From: Lingula anatina
Taxonomy: Eukaryota > Animalia > Brachiopoda
Assembly (NCBI GenBank): GCA_051362555.1
Contig: CM120642.1
Coordinates: 16,678,001 to 16,742,000 of the forward strand
Reading direction: 5' to 3'
Length of the DNA stretch: 64,000 nucleotides
The position numbers were made by a program, and so were the translations under genes. The notes under the pieces are model-generated. The model searched no databases. It had not been told where the DNA came from and saw only the letters and a program-made list of their open reading frames with translations. Shown here piece after piece: positions 37,491-64,000 of this stretch; the stretch's first letter is position 1, and each line of letters opens with the position of its first letter.

Positions 37491-38151
37491 AATTCAAAAT
37501 TGAAAAGAAAAATTGTCGATAGCTATGAAAATGCAGGAGCATACCGAGAGGCAAAGTAAATCGCGATATCTTAAGGTGTTTAACATCGCCGAGAATGAAA
37601 ATTTAAGACCAACTACAACGGATATCGAAGTTATTAACAACTTTAATGAGCTAAACGACGCCGACTTATCGTTTGAATGTTCATACAGGCTCTTAAATAA
37701 AAACAAAGCCGGGATCAATTAACATACAGCTGTAGCTTTAAAATTAAAGATCACATTCTTTCGCCTTTCCGATCGAAACGGAAGAATTATCAAAATTTTT
37801 CTTTTCGTATGATCAGCCAAGATCTACCCGAAAGGGTTTCAAGAGCACGAATTAATTTGTACTCGTTCTCCAATGATTGTTTAGAAAATTGAAAGAAGCC
37901 TTACTTCAGGTATGATGTACTTGCGGTTGACGACCAAAAAGATACGTTTGACAAAGAGAAAAGCCCCCAGTGTTAACTGGTAAATAGGAGCTAGTCCAAA
38001 ACCCGAAATACAACGTATCGTTGAATGTATGCTGTGTAAATATTAGGGGATCACGAAAATATAGAAAACATGTTGAATTTACTTATTTCTGTCAGAAGTT
38101 GGATTACAGGTATAGTTCTGGGCTTTACAAACCTTGACAGTCCAACAAAAT

Positions 38152-38411
38152 CAGTGGCGGATTTAGAGGGGTGGGGTGGGGGGGGGGGGGGTGTCAGGGT
38201 TTCTGGAAAAATCACATCAATATCCCCTTCTTGATATTAGAATTTTGAAGACCTGAATCATAGTTCTAAACTGCACTAAATGGCACGTTTGCCTTCCAAA
38301 ACACCGAAACCCACACCAAGGGGGCAAGTGTCGGCTTCGCATCCGAGACCTGTCATTCTTTTAAAAAAAACTTGCCCCCCCCCCCTTCAAGTATTCTTGG
38401 ATCCGTTCCTG
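38152..38411. mobile_element. Degenerate hAT-like MITE
   Basis: CAGTGGCGGATTTAG + G-run ... C-run + TTGGATCCGTTCCTG; TSD not preserved. Confidence 0.5.
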
Positions 38412-38659
38412 ATTTGATTCCATAACACATTCTTCTATAAACTAAAAATGAAGAAAATTGACTTCATTTGATGCCACATACAGGTTGTTGCAGATAGGTA
38501 TTAGTGTTATTTTAAACCTTCACTATAGTTTTCCCTACACTGTCAAATTTTATCACACATTTAAATAATATAATATAAAAGCTACTGGTTTCAGTGATTT
38601 GTGTGCAGATCTGCACTGGTAGGAATATTAAACAAAAGACAATAGTATATTCCGTGGCC

Positions 38660-38852
38660 TTCTATGACATTTTGCTGTAAGCCTTATATGACGTATTCCG
38701 CCATCTTTTGGCCTGACATAATACGCGCCCAAGCTTCAGTTAGCATTATGTGGCGCCATCTAGCAGTAAACAATGAAATAATTCAAAGTATGGCGGTGAC
38801 AGGAAACTGAAAACAATTCAATTGTGTTCGACATTTATAGTCCGTCCAGTAG
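38660..38852 (+). promoter_or_regulatory. NEK1 promoter and non-coding first exon
   Basis: YY1-like CCGCCATCTT (38698) and ATGGCGG (38790); CTCF-like GGCGCCATCTAGCAG (38752); donor AG|GTAAG at 38852. Confidence 0.6.
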
Positions 38853-39711
38853 GTAAGGTCAAATTCTGAGAGTATGCTTGCTGTTGTTTTGTTTCCATGT
38901 AAATGCTTTCTATATCCGATGAATTACATATGACATAGATGATCAATTTAATTTACATTGACTTAAGCTGCACTGTTATTTCGAGTTTTCTCTTCAAGTT
39001 CAAAGCTGATCGGTCGATGAATCTATAGATATTGAACTACATAAATCGACTCTCTTTGCACTACACTAGTCCACCTTTTTGGAGTAAAAAAACGCCATGC
39101 AGTATGTGTTTTCGAAAATATAAGAAACGGTATCGGGTAAACCTGGATTTTGAGCAGGCTGCAGCGGTCTGCTCTTAAATTTAAATATTACCCCTGTACC
39201 AAGAACCCCATGAAAATGCCGCTCAAATATAAGACTGGTCTGAAAGCGTGGGGTTTTCTTTAAAATTTTGAAATTTTAAACTATTAAGCATGGGTTCGCT
39301 TGTGAATGAAAAGTACTTGGCAAACTTAGCAGCTTTAGACAAGATAATATATTAACTTAATGGTAAAGATGAACTTTAAAACCATTAATTAATTTATCTA
39401 GTGATTTTCTACATTATAGCATCATTCATTTTATTGAATAGCAAAATTGTAGGGGTTTCCAATATGTGTACTGCACAAGAAGCATCAAGTTGTGGAATGT
39501 TGGTGATATGTTTGAACAGAAATTGATGTTAACAAATATCACTTAGCACTTCCTTCTTTTGTGTTACTTTTTATTTTAGTTTAGCACTGGGTGTAAATTA
39601 AAGAGTAATTTTAAAAAAGTTTTTAAATTTTATATGCAACATGTGCCATATGGAACTAATTTATTTTTAATCATATTTACTTACAGCTGTAAGTTTTTCC
39701 AAGAGTTCATA

Positions 39712-63306
<23,595 letters not shown>

Positions 63307-64000
63307 GGACCAATTTGACCTACATTCCTGTGAGAACATAGACCTAAAAATTCAGGATGGAGAGACTAATTTTTAATAAAAGAAAGATACTTGCTGTATC
63401 CACTTTACTTTTTACTAGCCTGTGTCATTAAAACTTGTCACAATTATTATTGATGTAAAGTAGATTTTTATTTGTTTGTTGAATTCCCCTTATGCTACAT
63501 GTATGCTATTAAGAATTTGTCAAAGACAATAAAGACTTCACATCAAAACCATTTCAGAATAATAATGATAATAATAATAATAGTTATGATTATGATAGTT
63601 TATTCAGCTCCTAATGGTACATTGTCACTTTTACCTGTTCTCATCGATGCATTGTTATAAATGGGATACCAGAAAAGTACAAACCATACACAGTGAATAA
63701 CAAAAAAAGACAACAGATACATTAGAATCATAATATTACGTTTTTAGTAATACTGATGGTCAATAATGTCTTTTATTTCCGTCCATTAAAAGCTATATTC
63801 TAGTTTAAATAGGTAAGTGTTTTTAAGTATAAGTGTGTGTGCCCTAATTTGCTTCCACATTGTTGCTTGATAATCAGTTTTTTTTTGTTTTTTTTCCTGT
63901 GGATAAACTACAAAGATAATCTGTTTAGTATAAATAAACAATTTTGGGAGGTTTGTGATGCTTTGTGATCCAGTATTGCTGGATATTATTTTTATTTACA

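Overview
AT-rich, intron-dense animal genomic DNA. The HINE and MITE content suggests a marine invertebrate, probably a lophotrochozoan (inference). Left flank: the 5' half of a double-BTB gene (BTBD8-like, minus strand) lies head-to-head with a 2-exon sulfiredoxin gene (SRXN1). Right flank: a complete NEK1 kinase gene with 41 phase-consistent coding exons. Between them is a ~31-kb accessory island (7.5-38.6 kb) with four parts. (1) A putative spliced, apparently non-coding minus-strand transcription unit with a canonically spaced TATA/Inr. It contains 11 tandem exon+intron units, each exon carrying a CTCF-like motif, plus 52-bp and 70-bp exonic minisatellites. (2) A TTAA-flanked Kolobok-like element. 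(3) The 3' five exons of a MOV10 helicase (frameshift plus stop, no 5' exons), bracketed by two inward-facing Helentron-type (HINE) copies. (4) Inside a MOV10 intron, an EnSpm-like element that carries a Gypsy LTR/PBS/gag-protease remnant and has a second copy inserted into its own TIR. Many MITEs are scattered throughout. All calls come from manual reading; no database search or expression data were available.
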